Virus genome (UHGV): UHGV-0342645
DNA from: a virus
DNA: 59,919 nucleotides
Direction: 5' to 3' (one strand)
The notes below the pieces were generated by a model, which was not told the origin of the DNA, made no database searches, and was given only the letters and a program-made list of their open reading frames with translations. Position numbers and translations under genes: made by a program. Position 1 is the stretch's first letter. Each line of letters opens with the position of its first letter. This document shows positions 33,730-41,782 of the stretch, in pieces.

Positions 33730-34649
33730 TGCATCTGTTTGTTGCTGCGGTATATACCAACGGCTATAAAGCTGGTCAACAACGATATGAAAAGTTAAAC
33801 GATCGGGAAAAGGACATCGTTAATAGCCTACCAAATATTTTGGAATCATACCACTACGTTGGACGTCAGAAGTATGTTGATCAAATGCGTGCGGACGGGG
33901 CTAAAGTGTTTCTCGACTCCGGAGCATTCTCCGCGCACTCGTTAGGTGCTCACATTGATATTGTCGAATATTGCGAATACATCAAACGCAATAAAGATAT
34001 CCTGCGCGTAGAAGATGGTGCTGTAATGGCGTCAGTGCTTGATGGTATCGGTGATCCACTGCAAACCTACCGTAACCAGCTTGAAATGGAAGCACGCGGT
34101 GCTAAACCGTTACCTTGCTTTCACTTTGGGGAGGACTTCCGCTATCTCGAATATTACATGAAGAACTACGAATATATCACCATCGGGGGCATGGTAGGGC
34201 GTTCCACGGACACGCTTAAAACTTGGCTTGACCGCATGTGGGATAAATATATTTGCGATGGTAGCGGTCGCCCTAAGATTAAGCTTCATGCATTTGGTAT
34301 TACGTCCACTACCATTATGGAACGTTACCCGTGGTATAGCTGTGACTCATCCTCCTGGATTCAAGCGGCAGCGTTTGGAAGTGTGGTTACTCCTCCGTGG
34401 GGCCCGATGCGCGTATCTGACAAGTCACCGGACCGACACCATTTCGGTAAGCACGTTTCAACGCTAACTGAAATTGAACAAGACGCTGTCCTTAAATACC
34501 TTGAGCAAAACGGTTTCACTTACGAACGTTTATCAACAATCTATGAATCACGTGCTGCCTTCAACTTATGGGCGTATGGTGTAATTGCTGCAAACATTAA
34601 CGCTACCCATGACGGCACATTCCGTGATCGTGTAATGGAGTTGTTCTGA
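33729..34649 (+). CDS. dpdA: DpdA-like DNA 7-deazaguanine transglycosylase (TGT superfamily)
   Basis: 306 aa. MHLFVAAVYTNG..., ILESYHY and FLDSGAFS (catalytic Asp context) resemble phage DpdA. Genetically linked to the preQ0 pathway. Confidence 0.7.
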   Translation: MHLFVAAVYTNGYKAGQQRYEKLNDREKDIVNSLPNILESYHYVGRQKYVDQMRADGAKVFLDSGAFSAHSLGAHIDIVEYCEYIKRNKDILRVEDGAVMASVLDGIGDPLQTYRNQLEMEARGAKPLPCFHFGEDFRYLEYYMKNYEYITIGGMVGRSTDTLKTWLDRMWDKYICDGSGRPKIKLHAFGITSTTIMERYPWYSCDSSSWIQAAAFGSVVTPPWGPMRVSDKSPDRHHFGKHVSTLTEIEQDAVLKYLEQNGFTYERLSTIYESRAAFNLWAYGVIAANINATHDGTFRDRVMELF

Positions 34650-34876
34650 TGGCTAACTTAAGAAGACCAAAAGGTAAACGTAAATATACTCACACAGGCG
34701 TAAGAATTAATTACTACGGTGAAAACAGAGTAGTATTCCTCCACAAGACACCTAAGCAGTGGCAGGATCCGTCAGGCACATGGTTTAATGCACAAGGGAA
34801 ACAAATGGGACTTTATGGATACCCTCCAACCTGTGAATTAGATTTAACCACAATTAGAGCAATCGAGGATCGCTAA
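34649..34876 (+). CDS. hypothetical protein
   Basis: 75 aa, basic N-terminus. Start and stop overlap the neighbouring genes. Confidence 0.55.
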   Translation: MANLRRPKGKRKYTHTGVRINYYGENRVVFLHKTPKQWQDPSGTWFNAQGKQMGLYGYPPTCELDLTTIRAIEDR

Positions 34877-35829
34877 TGTTAGACGCTCTTAAATTTGTTC
34901 AAGGCTCCGTTGCTAAAAAGGAACTGGTAGAAGGGCTTACCAGTTTTCTTATTCGTGACGGCCAAGTACAGGGCTTTAACGGTGTTATCGCACTGGGTAG
35001 CCCTATTGAGTTGGATATTGATTGCAAGCCCGAAGCTGGACCTATGATCAAAGCTATTTCAAACTGTGATGAAACAGTGCAGTTAACAATGATGGCTAAC
35101 GGTAAGCTGAATATCAAGTCAGGTCCGTTTCGTGTTGCTATACGCTGCATTGATAAAGAAACGCCGCACGTATTCCCTGAAGGCGATTTGTACGAAATAG
35201 ACGGTGCTCGCTTTGTTCATGGTGTGAAGTCCGTTGCTCCATTTGTAGGCTCCGATGCTTCCCGTCCGTGGGCTTGCGGTATCCTGATTAATAACGGTAG
35301 CCTGTTTGCTACAAATAACGTCACTATTGCGGAATACTGGTTTGGTAATCAATTCCCTATCGATTGCATAATACCTTCCGTTGCAATTAAAGAAATACTG
35401 CGTATTAAAGCTAACCCGACGCATATTCAGGTCAGTAAAAATAACGTAACGTTTCATTATTCGGAAGGTCGCTGGTTGCGCACACAGCTTATTGATGCAG
35501 AGTGGCCCGATATACGTCGTATTTTAAATGTTCAATGCAATGCACATCCTGTTGATCCAGGTCTTTTTGAAGGCTTGCATAAAATTAAACCGTTCGCAGA
35601 AGACCGACCGCGTGTATATATTGAAAACGGTCTAGCCCGTACTCACTATGATGATGCGGAAGGTGCAAGCTTTGTATTACAGGACCGCACAATAACGGGA
35701 GTGTACAATATTGACATCCTGCTATTGCTTGAAAATGTGGTTAAGACTGCGGACTTTAGTTTATATCCGCAACCTTGCGCATTCTTTGGGGAAAATCTTC
35801 GCGGTGTATTAATTGGAGAACGTGTCTAA
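34876..35829 (+). CDS. sliding-clamp (DnaN beta)-like protein
   Basis: 317 aa. LKFVQGSVAKKELVEGLTSFLIRDG...KLNIKSGPFRVAIRCIDKETPHVFP parallels the beta-clamp N-domain pattern. TAATG-coupled to the polymerase gene. Confidence 0.5.
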   Translation: MLDALKFVQGSVAKKELVEGLTSFLIRDGQVQGFNGVIALGSPIELDIDCKPEAGPMIKAISNCDETVQLTMMANGKLNIKSGPFRVAIRCIDKETPHVFPEGDLYEIDGARFVHGVKSVAPFVGSDASRPWACGILINNGSLFATNNVTIAEYWFGNQFPIDCIIPSVAIKEILRIKANPTHIQVSKNNVTFHYSEGRWLRTQLIDAEWPDIRRILNVQCNAHPVDPGLFEGLHKIKPFAEDRPRVYIENGLARTHYDDAEGASFVLQDRTITGVYNIDILLLLENVVKTADFSLYPQPCAFFGENLRGVLIGERV

Positions 35830-37814
35830 TGCGGACAGATGCTATTGGTTTCTTTTGGCAGGACTTACCGCCTGAGCCAAAAGCAAAGAAAGAAAAAGTT
35901 AAACGTTTACCGCCGGAGCGCACTTGGGAGCGCCCGGATTATTTGCCCAATCTTGAGGAAGCGCGGAACTTCCAATACAACCTGTATACGCAGGACGAAC
36001 TTATTCAAGCATGGATTAACCGCGAACCGCTTGTATACGATATTGAATGTTATCCAAATTATTTCTTAATCGCGTTTCGCGGAGTACGGACTAAGAAAGT
36101 CGTCTACTTCGAAATGTATCACGGTTGTAGTTTGAATTGCTTGTTACTTAACTGGGTAATGACAAACTTCCTTATCGTAAGCTTTAACGGTAACGGGTAC
36201 GATATGCCCATTGCTACGCTTGCGCTTAACGGCTGCTCTAATGCTCAGCTTAAAGATGCAACCGATAAAATAATCGTGGAAGACTGGCGACCTTCCGATG
36301 TGTTGAAGAGTTACCGGCTTAAGCGTATGCAGAATGTTAACCACATTGATATTATGGAAGTTCTGCCTGGGTCCGGTGGTTTGAAACAATATGGCGGACG
36401 TGTACATACTCGCCGTATGCAGGATTTACCATTTAAGCCAAATACAATGTTGACGCAGGACCAGATGTTGATTGTACGCTGGTACTGTATTAACGACCTT
36501 GTACAGACAGAAGAATGTTTTATCGCATTACAAGAACCTTTGCACCTTCGTGAAATTATGTCGCAAGAATACGGTGTGGATCTGCGTTCACGTTCCGATG
36601 CACAGATCGCAGAAGACGTAATTAAGCACGAAATCCAAGCGTTAACTGGTGTGCGTCCGCAGCGCCCCCAAGTTTATCCTGGAACAAAGTATGCATACAA
36701 CATACCGGACTTCATTCGTTTTCAAACACCTCTAATGAATAGTGTTTTGGATATTGTTCGGGACTGTCGTTTTATTGTTAGCGATAACGGTGGTGTTAGC
36801 CTACCCCCAGCGTTAACAGGGCTTGAGATTAAGATCGCGGACGGTGTCTACCGTATGGGTATTGGCGGTTTGCACAGCTCTGAAGAATGTGCTGGTCACG
36901 GTAAAGAGCCAGGTATTAAGAAGCGGGACATTGACGTAACGTCCTATTACCCTTCTATTATTCTTAATCAGGGCTTGTATCCTGAGCAGTTGGGGCCAGC
37001 GTTTCTTCGTGTTTATAAAAGCATTGTAGACCGACGTATTGCAGCTAAGCACTCAGGGGACAAGAACACAGCCAATACGCTGAAGATCGTAATCAACGGA
37101 TCGTTCGGTAAATTGGGCTCAATGTGGTCCGTACTGTACGCTCCGCAATTATTGATACAAGTTACATTAACTGGACAGTTATCACTGTTGATGCTTATTG
37201 AAGCGTTTGAACTGAACGGCGTTAAAGTAATTTCAGCTAACACGGATGGTATTGTGGTTAAGTACCCTGACCACATGCAGGACTTCGTTGATAACATGAT
37301 CAAGTGGTGGGAGTCCGTGACAGGCTTTGAAATGGAATCCAACTACTATGACAAGCTGTACAGTGCTAACGTCAATAACTATGTTGCAGTAAAAGAACCT
37401 GATGAGGAAGGAAATGTTGAAATCAAACGTAAAGGCTGGTTCGCAAAAACAGGGCTTCAAAAGAACTGTACTGGTGAAATTATTATGGAAGCTGTATGTG
37501 AATGTTTGGCCCACGGTACGCCTGTTTCTCGTACTATACGCAATTGCAACGATATTAGAAAATTCATTATCCTACGTGCGGTGAAAGGCGGCGCAGTATG
37601 GAATGGCGAATTTTTGGGTAAGGTTGTACGCTGGTACTTAAGCACTAATGAAGAAACACCTGAAATAATCTATGCTAACTCGGGCAACCGTGTAGCTGGT
37701 AGTGCTGGAGGCGTACCGATCATGACGTTACCGGATAAAGTGCCGGACGATATAGATTATGACGCTTACATAGCTAAGGCTGAAAAGTATCTCGAAGACA
37801 TGGGATACGCCTAA
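35829..37814 (+). CDS. family B DNA polymerase with 3'-5' exonuclease domain
   Basis: ATG 35829. Exo motifs YDIECYPNYF, FNGNGYDMPI and YCINDL. Pol motif A DVTSYYPSI, motif B KIVINGSFGKLG, motif C SANTDGIVV. Confidence 0.85.
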   Translation: MRTDAIGFFWQDLPPEPKAKKEKVKRLPPERTWERPDYLPNLEEARNFQYNLYTQDELIQAWINREPLVYDIECYPNYFLIAFRGVRTKKVVYFEMYHGCSLNCLLLNWVMTNFLIVSFNGNGYDMPIATLALNGCSNAQLKDATDKIIVEDWRPSDVLKSYRLKRMQNVNHIDIMEVLPGSGGLKQYGGRVHTRRMQDLPFKPNTMLTQDQMLIVRWYCINDLVQTEECFIALQEPLHLREIMSQEYGVDLRSRSDAQIAEDVIKHEIQALTGVRPQRPQVYPGTKYAYNIPDFIRFQTPLMNSVLDIVRDCRFIVSDNGGVSLPPALTGLEIKIADGVYRMGIGGLHSSEECAGHGKEPGIKKRDIDVTSYYPSIILNQGLYPEQLGPAFLRVYKSIVDRRIAAKHSGDKNTANTLKIVINGSFGKLGSMWSVLYAPQLLIQVTLTGQLSLLMLIEAFELNGVKVISANTDGIVVKYPDHMQDFVDNMIKWWESVTGFEMESNYYDKLYSANVNNYVAVKEPDEEGNVEIKRKGWFAKTGLQKNCTGEIIMEAVCECLAHGTPVSRTIRNCNDIRKFIILRAVKGGAVWNGEFLGKVVRWYLSTNEETPEIIYANSGNRVAGSAGGVPIMTLPDKVPDDIDYDAYIAKAEKYLEDMGYA

Positions 37815-37824
37815 ATTCTACTTG

Positions 37825-37848
37825 CAGACCCTTCGCGGGTCTGTTTTA
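37825..37848 (+). terminator. intrinsic terminator
   Basis: CAGACCC-ttcgc-GGGTCTG followed by TTTT. Confidence 0.75.
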
Positions 37849-37878
37849 ATATATGCATACAACAAGAGGAGATACAAA

Positions 37879-38163
37879 ATGAGCTTAGTAGACGATTACA
37901 ATAAAGGTAAAATTGATGCTGTGGAACTTAACCGTCAGCTTAATAAACAAAATGAAGAACGCAAACAAGGTAAATACCTTACAATGATTGTTGCGCTTAT
38001 CTTCACTGTTATTGGTGGATGTGTTTACGGCTACATTAACCACACTGTTGAAGTCGGCAACGAATGTCGCGCTAAATATCCAATTCACGTTGGTGTAACT
38101 CCACAGGAAGACATTGATGCGCTTCTTGAACTTCAAGCCTTATGTCGTAAAGGAAAAGCATAA
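37879..38163 (+). CDS. membrane protein (1 TM)
   Basis: ATG 37879 with GAGGAG SD. TM helix YLTMIVALIFTVIGGCVYGYI. Confidence 0.55.
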   Translation: MSLVDDYNKGKIDAVELNRQLNKQNEERKQGKYLTMIVALIFTVIGGCVYGYINHTVEVGNECRAKYPIHVGVTPQEDIDALLELQALCRKGKA

Positions 38164-38456
38164 TGAAACGTTTATTACTCGTAACTTTGATGATAGCGCC
38201 TACGGTCCAAGCTGTAGACTTAAAGGAAGCAACAAAGAAATTATGCCAAGACCATCCTATTAGGGTACAATGTGAACAACTTGTATCCAGTATGTTGACG
38301 CATTCTTACGTGATGGGTCAAACTCAAATTGGATGTGAGTTAGGTATTATTGATGCGTGCAAAGCGGCGCGTACCAATAAACATTTTGAAAAGAACGCAC
38401 GTTGGCTGGAGCAGCGCATTAGAGCCCTTGATCATAGGGGTACTTTTGGGGGTTAG
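38163..38456 (+). CDS. secreted protein with signal peptide
   Basis: MKRLLLVTLMIAPTVQA signal-like N-terminus. 97 aa with 4 Cys. Confidence 0.55.
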   Translation: MKRLLLVTLMIAPTVQAVDLKEATKKLCQDHPIRVQCEQLVSSMLTHSYVMGQTQIGCELGIIDACKAARTNKHFEKNARWLEQRIRALDHRGTFGG

Positions 38457-38488
38457 CCGCGTGTAAAACCTTAAAGGGGTACATTAGC

Positions 38489-38695
38489 ATGGCTGGTAAA
38501 GAAAAGAGCGTAGCAAGCGATTTAGGTGCGGATGTAGTAGGTCGCGAACCGTGGCAACATGGTGACAAACCAGTAGTTTACATTCACGTCTATTACTGGA
38601 ATAATATGACCGCGGAGCAACAAGAAGCGTTAAAGGTTTTAGCCGACGTTATTGTTGTTCCAGATGAGGTATCACCGGAAACACCGGAAGCGTAA
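38489..38695 (+). CDS. hypothetical protein
   Basis: 68 aa with AAGGGG SD. Confidence 0.5.
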   Translation: MAGKEKSVASDLGADVVGREPWQHGDKPVVYIHVYYWNNMTAEQQEALKVLADVIVVPDEVSPETPEA

Positions 38696-38702
38696 TAAAA
38701 TA

Positions 38703-38726
38703 ATACCCGCGTTCGCGCGGGTATTT
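38703..38726 (+). terminator. terminator-like hairpin
   Basis: ATACCCGCG-ttcg-CGCGGGTAT with a short T tail. Confidence 0.45.
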
Positions 38727-38737
38727 AAGGAGTGAAT

Positions 38738-38926
38738 ATGGCTAGAGCAGCAAAAGGTTACAGACAGACTTTTAAGCTAATTGGTGGACCGTGGGACGGG
38801 CAAAAGGTGCAACTATATAGCGCCGGAACGCTGGAGTTCTCAGTGAAAAGCTTCGATCCACGTCCAGGGCGCTATGTATCCGCGGGTAATGCTTATAATC
38901 TAATTTGGGAGTTTACCGATGAGTGA
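38738..38926 (+). CDS. hypothetical protein
   Basis: ATG 38738 with AAGGAG SD (the track start is a GTG inside the SD). 62 aa. Confidence 0.55.
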   Translation: MARAAKGYRQTFKLIGGPWDGQKVQLYSAGTLEFSVKSFDPRPGRYVSAGNAYNLIWEFTDE

Positions 38927-39125
38927 GTATGTGGTTATGTATTTTGTAATTGGCGCAATTGTTGCAGCAATGACTTATTGCTTCTGTTGGGATAACTATG
39001 ATTATGCAATAGCTCATAAGAAACGTTGGGAGAAGATTGTAAGTCTTCTATGTATACTCGCTTGCTGGCCGGTCACTATTATTGCGACTGCTTATGATCA
39101 ATACATGTACAGGAGACGCAAATGA
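38919..39125 (+). CDS. membrane protein (2 TM)
   Basis: 68 aa with two hydrophobic helices. Overlaps both neighbours. Confidence 0.55.
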   Translation: MSEYVVMYFVIGAIVAAMTYCFCWDNYDYAIAHKKRWEKIVSLLCILACWPVTIIATAYDQYMYRRRK

Positions 39126-39403
39126 TGGAATATCTATTAGTTGTCGTTGCGCTATTTCTAATCATTGTTGTTATAATGACCGGAGATAGTAATGAGAAGG
39201 GCTTTACAGCAATGAGCAGGGCGTTATTACGCGCCCTTGCTGTTGCACTGCTTGGGACAAGTTTTGCTATGGCGTTTGGGGTTGTGGAGATCCCTAGCAC
39301 CTATTACGGTTTTGTTAAAGTTCAACATCAACTCACTTATGCTACCGTCGTCGGATTGGGTGCTGTAACACTTGCAATCCTGTCAGCTTTTCATAAGCGT
39401 TAA
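39122..39403 (+). CDS. membrane protein (3 TM), last gene of rightward arm
   Basis: 93 aa with three hydrophobic helices. Confidence 0.55.
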   Translation: MMEYLLVVVALFLIIVVIMTGDSNEKGFTAMSRALLRALAVALLGTSFAMAFGVVEIPSTYYGFVKVQHQLTYATVVGLGAVTLAILSAFHKR

Positions 39404-39405
39404 AG

Positions 39406-39424
39406 AAAGGGCGTTTGCCCCTTT
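39406..39424. terminator. weak hairpin at the convergence point of the two arms
   Basis: AAAGGGC-gttt-GCCCCTTT in the 28-bp gap between convergent genes. The stem is short. Confidence 0.35.
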
Positions 39425-39431
39425 TCTCTTC

Positions 39432-39635
39432 TTAGAATATACGAAAGAAAGAACCGTATGGGTATACGCCAAAAGTATTGAAAACAGGCGGTGCAAAAGC
39501 ATTCACAAACACAGGAGTTGGCGCTACTGGTTGAAAAGTTTTGCAATTACACGCCGCTTGAGCCAATTGTCCCTGAAGTATACCTGCTTGTGTTGCAGGA
39601 CTGCCTAGACAGCAACGGTTAGTATTACCACACAT
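39432..39635 (-). CDS. small Cys-rich protein with aromatic C-terminus
   Basis: 67 aa: MCGNTNRCCLG...AACNCK...FGVYPYGSFFRIF. Last gene of the leftward arm. Confidence 0.5.
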   Translation of the reverse strand: MCGNTNRCCLGSPATQAGILQGQLAQAACNCKTFQPVAPTPVFVNAFAPPVFNTFGVYPYGSFFRIF

Positions 39636-39646
39636 AGTAGACCTCC

Positions 39647-39931
39647 TTAAAGGTCGCTTTCGTTATCCTGCTTGGAACTGGGCTTTTCAGATTCAATCAT
39701 TCCAAGTACCGCAATAACTTTAACAGCAATACGCTGAGCCAGACTGATTTGCTGCTGGGTTAATTTTCCGGTCGACACCACAGTCATTAACCCGCTCAAG
39801 TTTCCAAGAGACTTGAAATCGCTGAATGCTGATTTCATAATACTAAGTTGATCATGACCTTCATCAGCTATAACATGAGCACGAATAGAAAGTCCTTCAA
39901 CAACTTTATCAATACCTTCATTCTTCGTCAT
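39647..39931 (-). CDS. hypothetical protein
   Basis: 94 aa. Overlaps the upstream gene by 14 nt. Confidence 0.55.
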   Translation of the reverse strand: MTKNEGIDKVVEGLSIRAHVIADEGHDQLSIMKSAFSDFKSLGNLSGLMTVVSTGKLTQQQISLAQRIAVKVIAVLGMIESEKPSSKQDNESDL

Positions 39932-40448
39932 TTGGTTTTACCTTCTGCTCCGGTTTCTGAGGGACCGTTTGAGCGGTCTTTGGCTGCAACACTTCCTGAT
40001 CAATCATTGGTGGCCACGGACTAATATGTTCCCGGGCTTCTACAGGTTGCTCCGGTTGCACGCCAAGAAACTTATTAATAAAATCACCTGCAAAGTCTGT
40101 ACCATCGCTGACATAAACGTGCATACGATCAAGATCAGACTGACTAATGGAGTTTGGAGCGATCGTGATTTTAAACTGGTGGAAGCCGACATACATCACA
40201 TTCACGGGTCGTTCGATAGTGCCCGGCGTAGGCGGTATCACTCCCATAATCCAACAGTAATGAACCCTTCCATCACCCATAGGTTCACAGCCAGCATTAA
40301 GCCAGCTAACCTTCTGGTGTGGGAACATGGTAGTTGAATCGGTAGCGTCCCGACGTAACGTCCAATCAACACCGCCCATGTTGATGGAGTTTTTCGGTTT
40401 CATCCCGTTGAACTGGGTTACGCCCATTCCTGCGTTTACGTTTTGCAT
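39918..40448 (-). CDS. hypothetical protein
   Basis: 176 aa with AGGAAG SD-like sequence. Confidence 0.6.
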   Translation of the reverse strand: MQNVNAGMGVTQFNGMKPKNSINMGGVDWTLRRDATDSTTMFPHQKVSWLNAGCEPMGDGRVHYCWIMGVIPPTPGTIERPVNVMYVGFHQFKITIAPNSISQSDLDRMHVYVSDGTDFAGDFINKFLGVQPEQPVEAREHISPWPPMIDQEVLQPKTAQTVPQKPEQKVKPNDEE

Positions 40449-40463
40449 GTCGGCTTCCTATTA

Positions 40464-40832
40464 TTACATATCTTTCATTTTTTGAAGAGCGCAAGTACAA
40501 GCTGCGGCAAGATCAGTCAACTCTTTCATGATCCCTGCGCGGTCGCCTTCTTTCTTACACTCCATTAATTCGCGGTATTCCATTTCAACAATGGACATCA
40601 TACCGCCGGGCTTGTCGTGGTACGCCGCCCACGTATGCGGAGGTTCTTCCATCCGGTCAAGAACATTTGACATAGCTGCCATATGTTCATGATCTCGAGC
40701 ATAAGAGTGAGCATGTTTATATTCCTCTTTCTCATGTTCATGGTGGTGCTCACCTACGCTAATTCGAGGTAAAGCAACCTTAGGCAATTTGACCCGTGGC
40801 ATTCCCATCGTTGCAATTTTAATGTGGCTCAT
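40464..40832 (-). CDS. His-rich hypothetical protein
   Basis: 122 aa. GEHHHEHEKEEYKHAHSYARDHEH tract and a C-terminal helical segment with Cys residues. Confidence 0.6.
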   Translation of the reverse strand: MSHIKIATMGMPRVKLPKVALPRISVGEHHHEHEKEEYKHAHSYARDHEHMAAMSNVLDRMEEPPHTWAAYHDKPGGMMSIVEMEYRELMECKKEGDRAGIMKELTDLAAACTCALQKMKDM

Positions 40833-40903
40833 GATAGTACCTCTGTTAAAAGCGCCCCAAGCGGAGGAGCGAAAGGCGCTTTAGTTTAACCACACTTCAA
40901 CGA

Positions 40904-41611
40904 TTAGCAGCAGCCAGTCGGAGGAGTCGGAGGGGTTGGCAGCTTAAAATTGACCAGATCATAAACCTGATCAATTTCGCAGCGAAGCTTAGCGGTCTGT
41001 GCCAGCTGGGAGTTCTGGAAGCGCGATTCCTGCAACTGAGACTTCAGGTCGCAGATAAGAACTGCTTGCGCCTGTGCGTGCTGGTCACGGATCAGCGCAC
41101 GGGTAGCTTCAGCTTGACGCTCGATGTTCAGGTTGGTTTCGCAGCAACACTTCTGAGCTTCTAACTGTGCTTGGAAAGAACGGGTGATGTTAGCCGCTTC
41201 GTTGCTACACAGAGCCGCGAGCACTTGGCTGGTGCCACCCTGAATCTGAGTGTTCAGACCGGCAAAGCCCTGAACGGAAGCCAGCAGGTTCTGAGTGTTC
41301 TGCTGAGTGATGCCATTATAGGTAGAAGCAGCGGAGCGCTCAACAGTCAGGTTAGTACCGTTCTGCCCCTGAATGGTCTGAAGAATGCCGTTGTTGATAG
41401 CTTGCAGAATTGCGTTGGTGTCAACAGAAGCTTGCACTTCTACCGGACCAGCGAAGTTACCGCGACCACCCCAACCACCATTGCCACCCCAACCATTACC
41501 GATCCAGGAACCAATTAAGCCACCGATGGCGCCACCGATACCAGCCGCACCAGCTTCACCGCCGAAGCCATCGCCACCGAGATTAGTAGGTAAAAGAGTC
41601 ATGTCAGACAT
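40904..41611 (-). CDS. Gly-rich / Gln-Asn-rich / Cys-rich protein of unknown function
   Basis: ATG 41611 with GGAGA SD (the longer track ORF lacks an SD). N-terminus GGDGFGGEAGAAGIGGAIGG...GWGGNGGWGGRG, Q/N-rich middle, 8 Cys including CCC and a C-terminal PTPPTPPTGCC. Confidence 0.65.
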   Translation of the reverse strand: MSDMTLLPTNLGGDGFGGEAGAAGIGGAIGGLIGSWIGNGWGGNGGWGGRGNFAGPVEVQASVDTNAILQAINNGILQTIQGQNGTNLTVERSAASTYNGITQQNTQNLLASVQGFAGLNTQIQGGTSQVLAALCSNEAANITRSFQAQLEAQKCCCETNLNIERQAEATRALIRDQHAQAQAVLICDLKSQLQESRFQNSQLAQTAKLRCEIDQVYDLVNFKLPTPPTPPTGCC

Positions 41612-41740
41612 AGGAAAATCTCCATATATGGATTTGTTAAGCGGATGTAACCAACTGGTTACGAAGTAAAGCATACCCCTTAACATGCTTTTTACAATGA
41701 TCCATATGTAAAGATTTTGTAAATTAGGATTGACAGCCAA

Positions 41741-41765
41741 TAAAAAGCGCGCCCGAAGACGCGCT
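41741..41765 (-). terminator. intrinsic terminator after the tail spike gene
   Basis: Minus strand AGCGCGTC-ttcg-GGCGCGCT followed by TTTTTATT. Confidence 0.75.
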
Positions 41766-41782
41766 GTTGAAGTCAGATGTGG

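Noticed and set aside
40846-40888. Possible terminator hairpin between the Gly-rich and His-rich genes
   Set aside because: The stem (GCGCC/GGCGC) is short with an 18-nt loop, and part of the T-run is needed for the stem. This is too weak to call.
40904-41611. Idea that the Gly-rich protein is a microcin-like precursor with a double-glycine leader (MSDMTLLPTNLGG) processed by the C39-like peptidase at 6239..6661
   Set aside because: At 235 aa the protein is far larger than class II microcins. The 13-aa leader lacks the conserved hydrophobic spacing. No ABC exporter or immunity gene is present, and the two genes are about 35 kb apart. I keep it only as a remote possibility.
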